From: Thraustochytrium aureum
Taxonomy: Eukaryota
Assembly (NCBI GenBank): GCA_012862495.1
Contig: BLSG01000182.1
Location: 50,753-99,529, forward strand
Reading direction: 5' to 3'
DNA: 48,777 nt
A model generated the notes under the pieces. That model did not search any database, had not been told where the DNA came from, and saw only the letters and a program-made list of their open reading frames with translations. Below are positions 1 to 12,734 of this stretch, one piece after another (the stretch's first letter is position 1; every line of letters starts with the position of its first letter). The translations under genes were made by a program, and so were the position numbers.

Positions 1-201
1 ATGCGAAAACGAGGGCCAGCCATCGCGCTCGGTACCCCTGTCCGTTCCGGTCCACACATAACCCTCGGTGTTGATTGCAGCCGTTGAACGGCTATGGGGG
101 GTAGAGAGGCAATCATCGGAGGATTCGCAGGAGCGGCAGAGCCCATTTGGGGAGTTGGTTTCGCGTGCGGTGCGGGCGCGTGGAAGCAGCTCGCCAGAGC
201 G

Positions 202-3200
202 ATGGTGGAGAATGAGGAGGAGGAGGAGGAGGCGGCGGCGGTGGCGCAGATCCCCGTACGCGTCGCGGTGCGCGTGCGGCCGCTTGGCCCTGACGAAGAG
301 GTGCGCGACTGCGACAAGTGCGTCACGGTGGCTGGGGCTCGCCAGGTTGTGCTCGCGGATCGAAGCTTTACGTTTGACGTTGTGTACGATGAGGCGTGCG
401 AGCAGCAAGAGCTCTTTGAACACTCGGTGGGCGACCTCGTGGACGGCTGCTTGGAAGGGTACAATGCAACCGTGCTTGCCTACGGGCAGACCGGGTCTGG
501 CAAGACCTTCACGATGGGCATGTCTGCTGCCGCAGCCCGCATGGCGAGGCGAGACGCCGCCAACAAGCGCGAGCTGGCGCCCTCGCTTGGCATCCTCCCG
601 CGAGTTTGCGAGAGGCTCTTCGCGCGCATCGCGCAAGCGCCAGCCGCGTTGGAGTTCCAGGTCAAGGTAGCCTTCCTCGAGATCTACAACGAGTCGGTGC
701 GCGATCTTCTTGGCGCTACCCAAGGGGGCAAAAAGCTTCGCCTGCGCGATAGTACCGCGTGCGGTGTTCTTGTCCAGGGGGCGCGCGAGGTCCCTGTCGC
801 CACCATGCAAGACGTGATCGAGCAGGCGGAAGTGGGGGCTGCGTTCCGAACCACCGGGTCCACCAAGATGAACGCCAACTCGTCGCGCTCGCATGCTATT
901 TTCACGATCCTGGTCGAACAGCGCGATCCGCGCACCGGTTCAACGCGCACCGCCAAGTTTCACCTCGTCGACTTGGCGGGATCAGAGCGCAACAAGCGCA
1001 CCGGGGCGGTTGGAGAGCGGTTTTTGGAGTCCATCCAGATCAACCAGGGCCTGTTAGCCCTCGGGAACGTCATCAGCATCCTCGGCGACGACGGCGCGAC
1101 GGCGCGCGCGGTGGCCGGCCACCAGCACCGCCACGTCCCCTACCGCCAGTCCAAACTCACGCGCCTCCTCAAGGACTCTCTTGGTGGAAACTCTCGCACG
1201 CTGTTCGTGGCGTGCATAAGCCCTGCCGATGAGAGCTACGCAGAGACCCTCAACACGCTCAAGTACGCGAACCGGGCTCGCAACATCAAGAATACGCCGA
1301 TCATTAACGACGACGCGCTTCACGTGCCGCCGAAAGCGGACGAGCAGGAGCGCGTCCGCCACCTGGAGGCCGAGCTTGAGGGTCTCTTGAAGGAGCGCGA
1401 GCAAGCGAGGCAGTCTGCGGCACGCGCTTCAAGTGAGGCGAACAAGGCGCCGCTCAATGATGGAATGAAAGACGTTCGCGACGACCTCGCTTCGCTCCTC
1501 GAGGCCGCGGGGTCCGGCCTCTTGGACCCCCAGCGAGCGCTGCAGCGCGTGTGCGTCGGGATCAAGCGCTTGATCGACTCGAGCCGCGGCGCTGCTCTCG
1601 CGGCAGGCCCAACGCGGCAGGGGAGCGAGGTCGGTCCGTGCTCGGACGCGCTTTGTCTCGAAGACAAGGACGCTCTTCGCGAGGAGCTCGCCGAAGTGCG
1701 CGCCGACCTCGAGCGCGACGAGGTCATATTTGCCAACAAGATGGAAGAGCTCCAGCAGCTTCGGTCCCAGCTGCTCGAGGTGCATGCCGACCGAGAGCAG
1801 CTTCGGCTGCGGCTCATTGAGCTCGAGGANNNNNNNNNNNNNNNNNNNNNNNNNNNNNNNNNNNNNNNNNNNNNNNNNNNNNNNNNNNNNNNNNNNNNNN
1901 NNNNNNNNNNNNNNNNNNNNNNNNNNNNNNNNNNNNNNNNNNNNNNNNNNNNNNNNNNNNNNNNNNNNNNNNNNNNCCAGTCCAGCGTTCGGCCTTCGCC
2001 TGGCGCAGTGCGACGTCTCCAGGCAGAGTTGGCGGCCAAGGACTTGGCTCTTGCCGCAGCAGAGTCGCGAATTTCTGGCCTTACCCGGCAGCTTTCCGAG
2101 GTCGAGCAGACAGCCAACGCGCAGACGCTGCGGCTCAAGGACTCGGAGCGGCAGCTCGACCGCGAAGCCAAGTTTGCGCGGAGAGACGCGGCGGAAGCCC
2201 GTCAGCAGGTCGAGCAGCTGCAGAACCAGCTCCAAGAGCAAGACTTGGCCCTATCTAAGCTGCGCGCCCGGCTTGCCGGCGCTGGCTCGTGGGCCGCCAA
2301 GCCCGAGGCTGATGAATCGCGCCAAGCGGCGGTTCGGGCGCTCGTCAAGCGCGCGATCGAGGCAGGCATGCGCGAAGCCGCCGACGCGCAGCGCCTGGCA
2401 AGGGACAAGGAGGCCGTTGGCAACTTGTCCAGGTCGCGGCGCGAGCTGGAGGAGAGCCTCACTGCTGGCGCCGAGGCTGCAAAGGAGATAGTAGCTTTCG
2501 CGACCAAGCTCGCCAAGCTTGACAACGACGCCGCCGACATTGCTTCGCGGCGCGAAGCGCTCGCTGCGCAAGGTGCCAGCGCTGACGAGGTTCAGCGCGC
2601 CGAGCGCGAGCTCTTCCGGGTCCAGCGGAAAAGCGATTGCTGCGAGACCAGGTTGAGCGTGCCGCGCCGCAAGGCGACCCTATCAGAGGGACCGTCGAGT
2701 CTCTCGAGCAGCTCGCTGAAGAAGAGTCGTTCGCAAAGCGCCGCCTTGCCGCGTCCGAACGGCGGATGGCAGGGGCTTCGCAGCAAGGGTCCCTTGAAAC
2801 CGCAATAGCTAGGCACCTTATTCCGCAAATGCGTGCGCTTGAGGCCGGTGAGCGCGAGCTGGCCATCCACGCGCTATGCGGCCGGCTGGCCGAGCTAGAA
2901 GCTGCGCGTGCGTCCTTGCGGGCAGAACAAGCTGCTCTTCGAGTTCAAAACCAGGAGCAGAGGGACCTTTGTGAGCGCCTCCGAGACAGCCTCAAGCGCG
3001 AACAGCTCGAGCGCGCAAGGTCCGATGTGCAAAATTCGCCCCCAGGTCGAACCGGGTCGCATGGCGAGAGACTCGACGAGGAATACATCGCGAGCCTTGA
3101 GCGCGATGCGAAGTTTTACCTCAAGACGATCGCAGATTTGAAGACAAAGGCAAAGAAGGCTCACGAGTATCATGCTGAGCTCGAGCGCCTGCGCGAAGAG

Positions 3201-3497
3201 CAGTCGAACCTGAAGCGCTACCTCAAGGAACACGCCAAGATGGCAGCCCGCGACTTGGCAACCGTGCCCTCCAATTCGAGTCTCCCAGTACCGGTCAAGG
3301 TTTCCAGGGATATGCTCAGGGAAGTCGACCCTGTCGCGGCAGGCTCTCCACCTCTGGGGCGCGGCGCCGCGTCCTTTCACAAAGGCAGTGGCGATTCGCA
3401 GAGGACAGAGTCTCGAATTGCGCCCACAGTAGTAAAGGTCAAGAACTATGACGAAGCGATGGCCCAGGCCTGGGCCATTGCTCGTGGGCAAGCTTGA
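202..3497 (+). CDS. Kinesin-4 family motor (KIF7/KIF27/KIF4-like) with long coiled-coil tail; contains a gap (1830-1976) and a frame break at about 2630
   Basis: Motifs VRVAVRVRP, P-loop YGQTGSGKT, NSSRSHAIF, FHLVDLAGSE, ESIQINQGLLALGNVIS, HVPYRQSKLTRLLKDSLGGN. First in-frame ATG after the ORF-track start is at 202. Adding one A to AAAA at 2629-2632 joins ORF 94..2808 to the coiled-coil ORF 2637..3497 (RVQRK-KRLLRDQVE). Confidence 0.9.
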
Positions 3498-3657
3498 AGG
3501 ATAGAGCATCGCTCAGTTGCAACACGAAACAGAGATTCCTCTCTTTTGATTGAGATTGGCAGGAGGTTTAAGCGCTATCTCCGTATTTACATGACCCAAT
3601 TACACCATTGATCATTGCGACTGAAAAACTTGGCGCCGTCAACAAAGCTCTGGTTGG

Positions 3658-6600
3658 TCAGCTGTCCTGCGTCGCGACTTGAGCCCCTCGCAAAGCCCAG
3701 TACTGTTGCACGTGATTCGTGTATCGGGCAACAGCAACGTGCACGATCTCAAGGAACGTCCCTCGTACCGACTCTTCGACTTCCGCCCAAGGCATTCGTG
3801 ATCGCGCTGCCTTGCTGTCCGGGTTCCGGAGCTTCCAGCTCTGGTATAGCTCGCTGGCCGCGTGCTCGTGAAAACGGCGGGAGGAGATTTGCCGAAGCAC
3901 AAGAGCGTCTGCCTCGTTCATCATTGTATAGCGCATTTCGAGCGCAAATGGGAAGCGAAGGTGCAGGTATGGCGAGTAGACCTGCTGGTCGCCCTCGCCG
4001 GCGAGCTGCGAAAGAACCGTGACAGTGCCCTCGCGCGTCTTGACATTGACAACCGCACTGCGAGCGACGTCACCCGTCTTCCCGTCGCGCACATCGTTCT
4101 CGCTACTCAGCGCAGGGCTTAGCAGAGAGAGAGGCGCATCCGCAATGGGCGCGATCAGATTCGAGGGCGTCTCGACCATGTTGACAGATTTCAGGCTCGA
4201 GCGCCAGTTGCTCCCAGCGAGCTCCTTGCGGATCGTTTCGCATGCAACGAAAGCGTTGACGAGGTACACTTTCTGAATTTGGTCCGGCAGGTCATCGAAC
4301 GGCGTGTTCGCAACGTCGACCTCGTCGCCAGTCGAGAGTCGCCGCATTAGGGGCTCGTATCCTTTTGAGCGACCAGGCTTGTTGGAGCCAGTGGCTTTGC
4401 TGGCGTTTCCGACGGACCGAGTGCGCGACTCGCGCAGATTGTTGTGGAGATCCCGGGCAACCTGTGCGTCCATGTTGCGATCCAAGTCGCTGTCGTCTGG
4501 CAGGCGTTCCGACCAAGCCTCATCACGCAGAAGCGCGAGGTCCTGCAGGCGCGACCCGCAAAGCAGCAAGGTGATGGTTGCGTCAACCTGATTTGGGTGC
4601 AGCATGTCAATGCTCGGCCTTTCCGACTGGCTCTCCTCCCCGTCGCCTTGGCCCGCCTCCCCGGAACCTGTCTCGCCTCGGCTCGCATGCGGATCCAGCA
4701 TAAGGGATGATCGGCGAAGCCTCGCATCGAGCTTGGACTGCATTTCGTTGTGAAGGGAGAAAGAGTCGCCGTCCCCGTAGAAGCGCCACATGTCCGTGGC
4801 ATGGTGCAGGTCATAGAACTGCATAATGGTCTGGACCCCATAAGATTGAAGCTCTTCAGGAGTCGGGAGGGGCAAATACTGCGCAAGCCGTGCGATGGCC
4901 TCCAGAAAAGAAACAAAGGAGAGCGTACAGGCCTTGCGCCAGTCCTCAACTTGGTTCACAACGCAGAGCATCGACAGCTGAAAAACCATGTTGCTGTCGA
5001 CTGTGGAAAGCCCGGGGACCCGAATGAGACCCGCCTCGTCCAGGAGCTCGTTCCAGTCAATCAGGCTAAGGCGCAGTTTTTCAACAGCCCCCCACGCCGC
5101 AGATCGCTGCGAGCAGCACGAGTACTTGTCGAAAAGCCCTTCGCGCACCTCTCGCGCCCGGCGCTCGAAAACCCGGTGAATCGTCGACCTGTACAGGTTG
5201 GTGTGCCGAAAGCAATCCGAGTTGAGGAGCGCCTCGCTCGAAAAGTCCTTGAAGCATCGCTCGAGGAGGAAATGCACGGCGCGGCACAGATAGCGCATCT
5301 TGAGCGGCGAGTCGTGCTTTGCGCGGATGAACATGGCAACTGCGAGCAAAAAGATGGACTCGACGAACTGGTAGCGGAGCAGCGGCGCGCCGCGCTTTCC
5401 GTGCTTGATGATCGCGCTTGACTTGTTGACCACAGCTTCTTGCTTTGTCGGCGTGCCGTGGTTGGTGCTGACGAGGTCGTAGACAGCGTCAAAGTCCGCA
5501 TAGCTCATGTGCGGCGCCAGGTCGACGAGTTCGTTATCCTCAAGGAATTGCCAAAACTGCCGCCGGCTCAGCGCAAACATGTTGTATGTGCTGTGCGAAA
5601 ACATGTCGACTATGTCAACGCGCTCGGTCGACGTGTACAGCGTGAAGACCATCACGATGCTGGAGTAGTAGCTCTGCACAACTTGCAGCGTGCTTTGGAT
5701 GTCGGTTCTGTGAAAGTAGCTGGAAACCTTGCGCACAAAGCTCGGCTTTCGAGCGCACATGCTCATGTCCCACTCAAGCGCAGCCTGAAAGGCCTCGTTC
5801 GTGTTCCAGAACCGGCCGACATCAATAGCCGGATTGGAGCGATGGCCGTACATTGACGACTCCAGTTCCCAGTCTTCGTCGTCCTCAAGGTTGATGTGGC
5901 GCTCGGATATGTGCAAACTCCGCACCGAGGCGAGGAGTGACGCGCGTTGCGTCCCCGAGTGTCGGAAAATTATCTCTAGTGGAACGGACAAGACCTTGCC
6001 TGTTTCAGGCTCGAGGAAGCGGTGCGGGAACATGAAGCCGTGGACTGGGCGCACTTTGGATCCTAGAGGCGGCTTGCAAGCCCGCAAATCACCTCGAATC
6101 CAGCTTGGCTTGGCCAACAGCCGCAGCGACATGGACGCGCACTTTGGTGCTGGTAAAAAGTCCGCCTCGCTCGCGCTCGCCTCTTGCAAAAGCGTTTCTA
6201 TGTTGATCTGGGGCAGATCGTCGCGTCGAGCCACGTAGACTAGCGTCCCGTCTTGCATCTCGAGCGTCGCAGCGCTGAAAACGTCGGGAGCGTCGGACAG
6301 GTCTTGCACCTGCTCAATGTCAACCGCACCGTCGCAGCCGATTACTACAACACTCGTCGTCGCTGGACAGCTGGGCGACGCCTGGTTGTCGTTGCTCGGT
6401 TCCGGTAGGGGCTCCTTTGGCGGGTCGTCGCTCTTTTTGCTAAACCTGCGAGTTTCTGACTGGGCACGCCTTGCCTCGGCCCTTTTCAGCTCGTCTTGCT
6501 CGGCCCAGTCGCGAAATTTGGCACGAAGGCCCTTATTTGCGAGCTCGCACATGTAGAAGGGCGTCACGTTGGCACGATGACTCCGCAGCAGGAGCAGGGT

Positions 6601-9600
6601 TTGGACTGCTAGGGCGCAACCAAGCCGCGTACTCAACGACTGCTGCGTGTCGCATTCTTGCAGAGCTTGGGCCCGGGGGCAGCGCGGGTGCATATCTGTC
6701 TCTGTTGTGGCGCTTCCTCTTGCAGTCTGCAGCTTGTCCTTGTCCTCCCTACCCTCTTCGATCCCTGAAAAGCGGAGCAACAGCTCGATCGAGCTTCGAT
6801 CCTTCCCAATCGCTGCTTGCTGCGCCCTGGACTGCGCCAGCAGGCTCAGAGCAGCTAGGGCAGAGGTCTTTTCCGCCACAGAGGCGTCGCTCGCGGTCAG
6901 CCGCCTGAGAAGCTCGCCGTGGAGGCCGTTGCCCCCAACGTCGACGAGGTCGACCTTCTTGCCGATCGAGGGGCCCAACGCGTGCGACTTTATCACCACC
7001 AGCAGCCGCAAAAGCAGGTTTGTCGCCTGCGTAGCGCACTTGGGTTCTTGTTCGTGACTGAAAAGCTGTAGGACGAGGCCCGCCAACCTGGTCGCATCCG
7101 TCTGGGCCTGCTCCGCATCTTTCGCGCTCTCCAAAAGAATGACAAGCACCCTAGAGCATTCGAGTTGGGCGGAAGGTACGAGTCGGGCGTTCTCGCCGAG
7201 GAAAAACAGCACCTGCATAACGTCGTCTCGAAGTTGCGCGTGCACCGTCCCTCTCCAAGGCGTAGGTTCGACCGACTCCAGCAAGTGTCTCAAGCATACG
7301 AGGACAGCGACGCACCGCTGAAACGCAAGGCGAAGCTCGCCGCGCGCGTTTCGGGCACCGAGGTCTGAGGCTCGCTCGACTTCCTGCAGACCCAACGAAC
7401 CCTGGCTTTGCCCGTTCAATCCCTCCAAGCTGCGCACAGCCCTTGCATCCTGCTTTTGCTGCTGCATCTGGCTTGACTGCTTGCAATTCAGCTCGTCGTC
7501 GCTGGACTCCGCGGCGTCTTGAAAGAAGACGCGAACCGTTTGGTGCTCCTCTTCGTCTGCGACGAAGGACTCTGAAAGGAAGCCGCGAACCATTGGCTTG
7601 TCTTCTTCAGGACGGATCCAGAGCCCTTTGGCAGCGGCGGGAGTGGAGTGCTGCGAAGCAGTTCTTCGGACACCTTGTTCTGGGCGGCTCGAGCAGCTTG
7701 GGCTTTTTCGAGCTTTGTCATGGCTTTACTTGTTCCCACGAATGAACCCCCCGAACACGAGCTGTCTGCGCGCTTTCGCAGGGCTTGAACAATCCCTCCA
7801 CATTGGTTTAGTTGCTGCGCGACAAACTTGCAAAATCCGAGCGAAATCGCGACGTCCTTTCCCTGGCCTGCAGCTTTCGTTCTGGTCGCGTCTAGGCCCG
7901 TCGAGTCGCCCTCGTGCCGCTCTGGTGCGCTTGGCGAGCCCGGGGCGACGTCGACCGCGGATTCAGGGCGCGTTGGAGGGTTTTCAGCTGGCACAGTCCT
8001 CTCCCTTGCACTTTCTGGCGCCGCCGCGGTGGCGGAAAGCAGGTCTTTCACAGCGATGCACAGCGAGCCGGTGGCGAGTCCCCAAATCGGTTTTGGGCTC
8101 CGGAGATAGGCTTGCGCCACCCGGCGAAGCAGCGCAAAGCCCGGAGGCTCGGCGTATGCGGCGTTGCTGGTGTTCCACAACAGCGCGACGCAGTTGGAAA
8201 CAACAGTTGTGTCACGGATCCAGTCGCTCCCAGCACTTTCAAAGCGCTGGACGACCTGGAATGTCCGCTTGGCCAAGAGATTGGCTTCCATGGTCGCAGC
8301 CCCTTTACATGGCGCGCACGCCTTGATTGCATTTGTGAGTGTCACGAGTGCGCTTGTGAGCTGCAGGCATACCTTTTTGTCGCCCCAGAAACGGTCAACA
8401 GCGTCAAACAGGGCTTCGAGCACGCCGCGGCGCAACAGGTGGCCAGCAAACTCGCCATGTCCTCCCACTGTCTCCAGCCTTGCGATGTTGAACGCAACTG
8501 CGTGGACAGATTTGGCCGCATCGCGCTGGATTCGCTCGACCGAATCGCTCGCGAGCCTCTCAAGGCGCTCGGATTCAAGGACAGCAGGGCTGATCTCAGG
8601 CTGGCCGACGATGTCAACTAGAGTCTCGAGCGCGGACGCCCGCAGCGCGATCTCGTTGTCCTGAAACTGTATTTGACGTTGGCTGGTGAGCTTGAAGAGC
8701 GCGTCAAAGGCGTGGCGGGGGACCCAAGTGTGGCTGGCCGCGAGCGCGGCGAGCCTCGAGACGACTGCTATCGCGCACTGGATTGTGTGGTACTCATCCT
8801 CAGGGGATTTGAAGCGCGAACTAAAGTGCGCCTCGATGCAGCGCAGAACAATCTCGACCTCTCTGAGGTTTGGCTCGACCTGGTCATGCTCGAATAGGAG
8901 CGCGTAAATTCCATCCTGGAGGTTGGCCAGAACCGCGAGGACTGCCCGCGAGCGCGTGAGGCGCACAGACTCGTCTGCGCCAACGCAACGCTTGATCAGC
9001 GTACGAAGCAAAGCGTAAATCCCAGACCCTCGGTCGCGCAAGCGGACAACCTCTGTCGTGCAGACTTGCCCGTCGCACGAAACGCGAAGCACGGCGCTTG
9101 CGTTTCGAACAAGTCTAAAAGCCATTGCCTCAACTTGGTCTGCCAGGCCGCTGTCGAGGGCGCGCACTTCCTTTGCCAACGTCAGCCCTGCGCTCAGCAG
9201 GTTGGCGACAGCGTCCGTCTCCCACAGGGCTTGTTGCGCGTCCTGGTCCAGGGACAAGGCTAGCAAGGCCCCTTGTAGTGCCCAAATCATTTTGAGCGCC
9301 TGTTCTTTGTCGTCGGTGACAATGCTGCCGAGAGCTGCTTGTGCAAAGCCTGCGATGTGCTGGACACCGCGAAGGGAGCTAAGCCGGCTCCGAAGCAGAA
9401 ACGAGTTGCTTGCCATTGCCCAGGTCGCGACCGCAGCTTGAAAGACGACGTCATCGCGGGCCTGCGCGCTTGGCCGCCAATTCGACGCGGTCGCATCGCA
9501 AAACGTCCCGAGCAGCGCGCGCAGCGTTGCGTCGTTGATAGATTTGTCCCACTCGAGCTTGGCCCTGTTTTCGGCGCTCGTCGCGAGGACAAAGAGCCCA

Positions 9601-10434
9601 TGCAGCGCATGGCGCGCGTTAGAGCCCGGCTCCAACGGCCTGGCTAGCCCCCCCTGAAAGTCGGTCAAGACCCGATCTAGCGTCTGCCTGAGCCGCAGCT
9701 CCCTAGCTTTGGCGACGTTTTCCAAGAGAAATCTGAGGAACGTAGAGGTGAGAACTTGCGACTCGGTTTGGAGAACAGGGTCGTGGCAGGAAATCATCAT
9801 GTCCTCCGCGAGGACGTTGCTGTTTTTGGTGAGCGCGTAGAAACCCTTCTTCAAGGCTGTCATCGAGACTCTCGTCACGTCGACCTGGCACTCGCCAACG
9901 CGCGGAAAGTCCCTGAGCTCGCTTGCCTTGCTAGAGCTCCGAAGGGCGTTGGCCACTCGCGTCTCCCCCCGCGCTGTTCCGACTAGGTGGGTCATCACCT
10001 TGAGGAGCTTTAAGGCACGGCCCCGCTTGGCAGCCATTGAGTTTCCCGGGGTCAGCGGGCGCGCAGGAGCTGGTTTGGGGAGCTCAGAAGTTGGCTCGAT
10101 AGCGCTAGCGCTGTCCTTGTCCTGGTCCTCCACCGAGGGCTTGGCTTGAGCGAGTTCGAGCGCCTGCGCCGACATTCGACGCATTGACAATCTCGCTATG
10201 GTCTTCTCCTCCTTTTTCGGCTTGCTTTGCAATGCTGTGGGACCAATCAACAAAGCTAGGTGCACCATCGTCGGCCTCCTCGCCGCCAGGCGTGCCTGTT
10301 CCGGCCGGCTCTGCTTGTGCTGCGGCCTCGCTATCAGAGTAGCCTTCGCTAACGTCAGTGAGCGCCGACGTTTTGCGCCGCTGCCGTAGGCCCGACCGCA
10401 GCACCAGCGTCAGCATCGCGTCGTCTTTCTCCAT
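3658..10434 (-). CDS. Very large (about 2250 aa) helical-repeat (ARM/HEAT-like) protein with a C-terminal EF-hand-like region; function unknown; probably one gene split by two frame breaks
   Basis: Overlapping ORFs 10105..10434, 7488..10268 and 3658..7593 join with single-base shifts near 10170 and 7625 (LPKG-LWIRPEEDKPMVRGF). Leu/Ala-rich ARM-like segments (QAAVATWAMAS, ALQGALLALS, CVALLWNTS). C-terminal helix-loop motifs LSRRQFWQFLEDNELV, LLRYQFVESIFLLA, LSFVSFLEAIARLA. Confidence 0.6.
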
Positions 10435-11138
10435 CGTTCGTTCTCCAGCCTTTCCAATCCGGCAGTCGCGTCTCGCGCCCGCTGGCGTCCGTCGGCCAAG
10501 CAGGTCTATCGCCCTTCGCGGCCGCCTCTAGTGCAAGAATTGTGCAATCGATCGGACACAACAGCGCAAACGCACGCAAGTTCAGGCAAGTAAACGCGGC
10601 GCACGCCTCGTCGCCTTGAATCCAAACCAGGCGCGCCACAAACCGCTCAGCCAGCTTGCTTAGGACGCAGAAACCGCATCACACGTCGCCGACTCTTCCT
10701 GCCGAGCGAGGCGGCCGCGCACCAAACGCCGCAGCAACCCACCTCCTGGCGCAGCCCCGGCGCCAATTCGCAACGGACACAAATCCCGCAAAACAAACCG
10801 TAACGACACAAATGCACAACTATTTTAAAAATAGAGGGTCAGCGCGCTATTTAAACTGCAGCGGGAAAAAGACCCGTTCAAAGCGCCTTAATGAGGGCGC
10901 GATTAAGGACTCCGCCGTGGCAACATGCACCATTATTGAGGGAAAAGATAGAGGGGCCGCGGTGGTTGTGCGACTCGATTCGCGGCAGAGCCCAAAACGC
11001 GGCGAGAAGAGCTGGAGCGTCGTCCGGCAGCGGTGACGCCGATCATTGCCTGCACGATCGCGCGGCTCGCAGCTTTCGGCGTTCTGTGTTGTGTTTGTGC
11101 GCGGTTTCTTGGCCTCGAAGACCGGCCGGGGATTAGGT

Positions 11139-12521
11139 ATGCCTGCAGGACGAAGTGATTCTGCCGCGCGGGCACGCGACGGCCCGTCGCGTGCCCGCGA
11201 TGAAGAGTTTCTGAAAGCGGAGCCAAGGGATGAGANNNNNNNNNNNNNNNNNNNNNNNNNNNNNNNNNNNNNNNNNNNNNNNNNNNNNNNNNNNNNNNNN
11301 NNNNNNNNNNNNNNNNNNNNNNNNNNNNNNNNNNCCGCGATGAAGAGTTTCTGAAAGCGGAGCCAAGGGATGGAGACGGGGGTGGAGGCCTTTGCGAGCG
11401 AGTTTGCGGATCTACAGCGCATGATGGAGGCGTGCGTGGCTTTGACGGAAAGTGAGTTTAATCAAATTCGGGCTTCAGCGCGGGACGCAAGCGACCCAGC
11501 CTGGGGAAAGGCGCAGGCGCAGCTGCGCAAGACGCGAACTGTGATCGATTCGCTTATGAGGCGGCAGCGATCGCTCGTGTCGCTCTTTGCTGCATCGCAA
11601 GGCGTATGTGTTCCTGGGGGCCGCCGCCCGGCAAAGCCCACGTCGACTTTCGACGCCTCCGAAGTCGATTCCACGAAAGCAACGACAAAGGATTCGCCGT
11701 CAAACGCAGGAAATGAGGCGAGCGGAGAGCGGCCGAGTGGCAGCAATGCGGAAAAGCCCGTCGCACAAGACGAGACTCTTCAGCCTGTCGCACGAAACGA
11801 CGAGCCAACTCGCTCGGCCGACGCCCACTCGGTGCAGAGCTCACAGCCACAAGAATGCTTGCCAGCAGCAACCAAAAGCGGCTGGGAGATCAGCGTGCTC
11901 CGCAAGATCCACACAAAGCTCACAGCGAAGCGAGTCTTAGCAAACGAGCAGGGCCGGAGCACAGTCCGCGTCGACGAGGACATTCGCAAGATTCACGCTG
12001 AGCTCGAGAAGCTCGAGCAAGCAAGCAAAGTACACCCCGAGCAAGCAAGCAAAGAAACAGCCGGCTTTCCCTCGTCTCCAGTGGGGAAGTGGGCATCTCC
12101 GGCGGGGGCATGGAAGACGGCCCAGGAGCCCGCCTGCGCTCCCTCAAGCCGCGACCAGAGCACGCCGGCGCCAAAGGCCGCCCCGCAGTGTTTGTCTGTT
12201 TCGCCAGCTGACAACCTGGCGCGTCTGCCCGATAGAGGCGCGGACGCTCCGATTCGTCCGTTCGATGCTGGCTCCCCGCAGGAATTTGACCGCATGCTCT
12301 CGAGGATCTTGACGGGGGCGACCCCGGGAGCCAAGTCGATCGGGCTCGCCAAGGATCGACCACTACAAGCAGGGCCCGAGGAACTCTTGGAGATGATAGG
12401 GGCCTCGCCAACGCCGACGAAGAAGGGCGCCCAAGTGGGGCGCGAAACTGCAATAAAGGGCCTGGAGGTGCCTGGCCCGTCGATCTCGCGTCGCCTCTTC
12501 GGCCACGACTCGAGCAGCTGA
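11139..12521 (+). CDS. Hypothetical protein with short coiled coils and Pro/Ser-rich disordered regions
   Basis: 383-aa ORF 11370..12521. The gap 11236-11334 is flanked by a duplicated 41-nt sequence; collapsing it with the left copy gives a continuous frame from ATG 11139 (MPAGRS...EPRDETGVEAFASEF). Confidence 0.6.
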
Positions 12522-12734
12522 GTTCCGAAGTTCTTCTGTCCACAGTTAGAGTAGGTTGACACGTAGCGCTGACAAGCCAAGTGCACTGCTCGGAACTAGG
12601 AGGGCTGGCCCCTCTGGGTCTGGGTCCAGCACATCCTCCCGGCGCAGTTGCTGCAGCGCTCCGGGAGCACGTTTCGTGCAAAAGCATAACAGAATCGAAA
12701 CGAAGGTTGTTCTTGAGCAGCAAAATAGGTTTGG

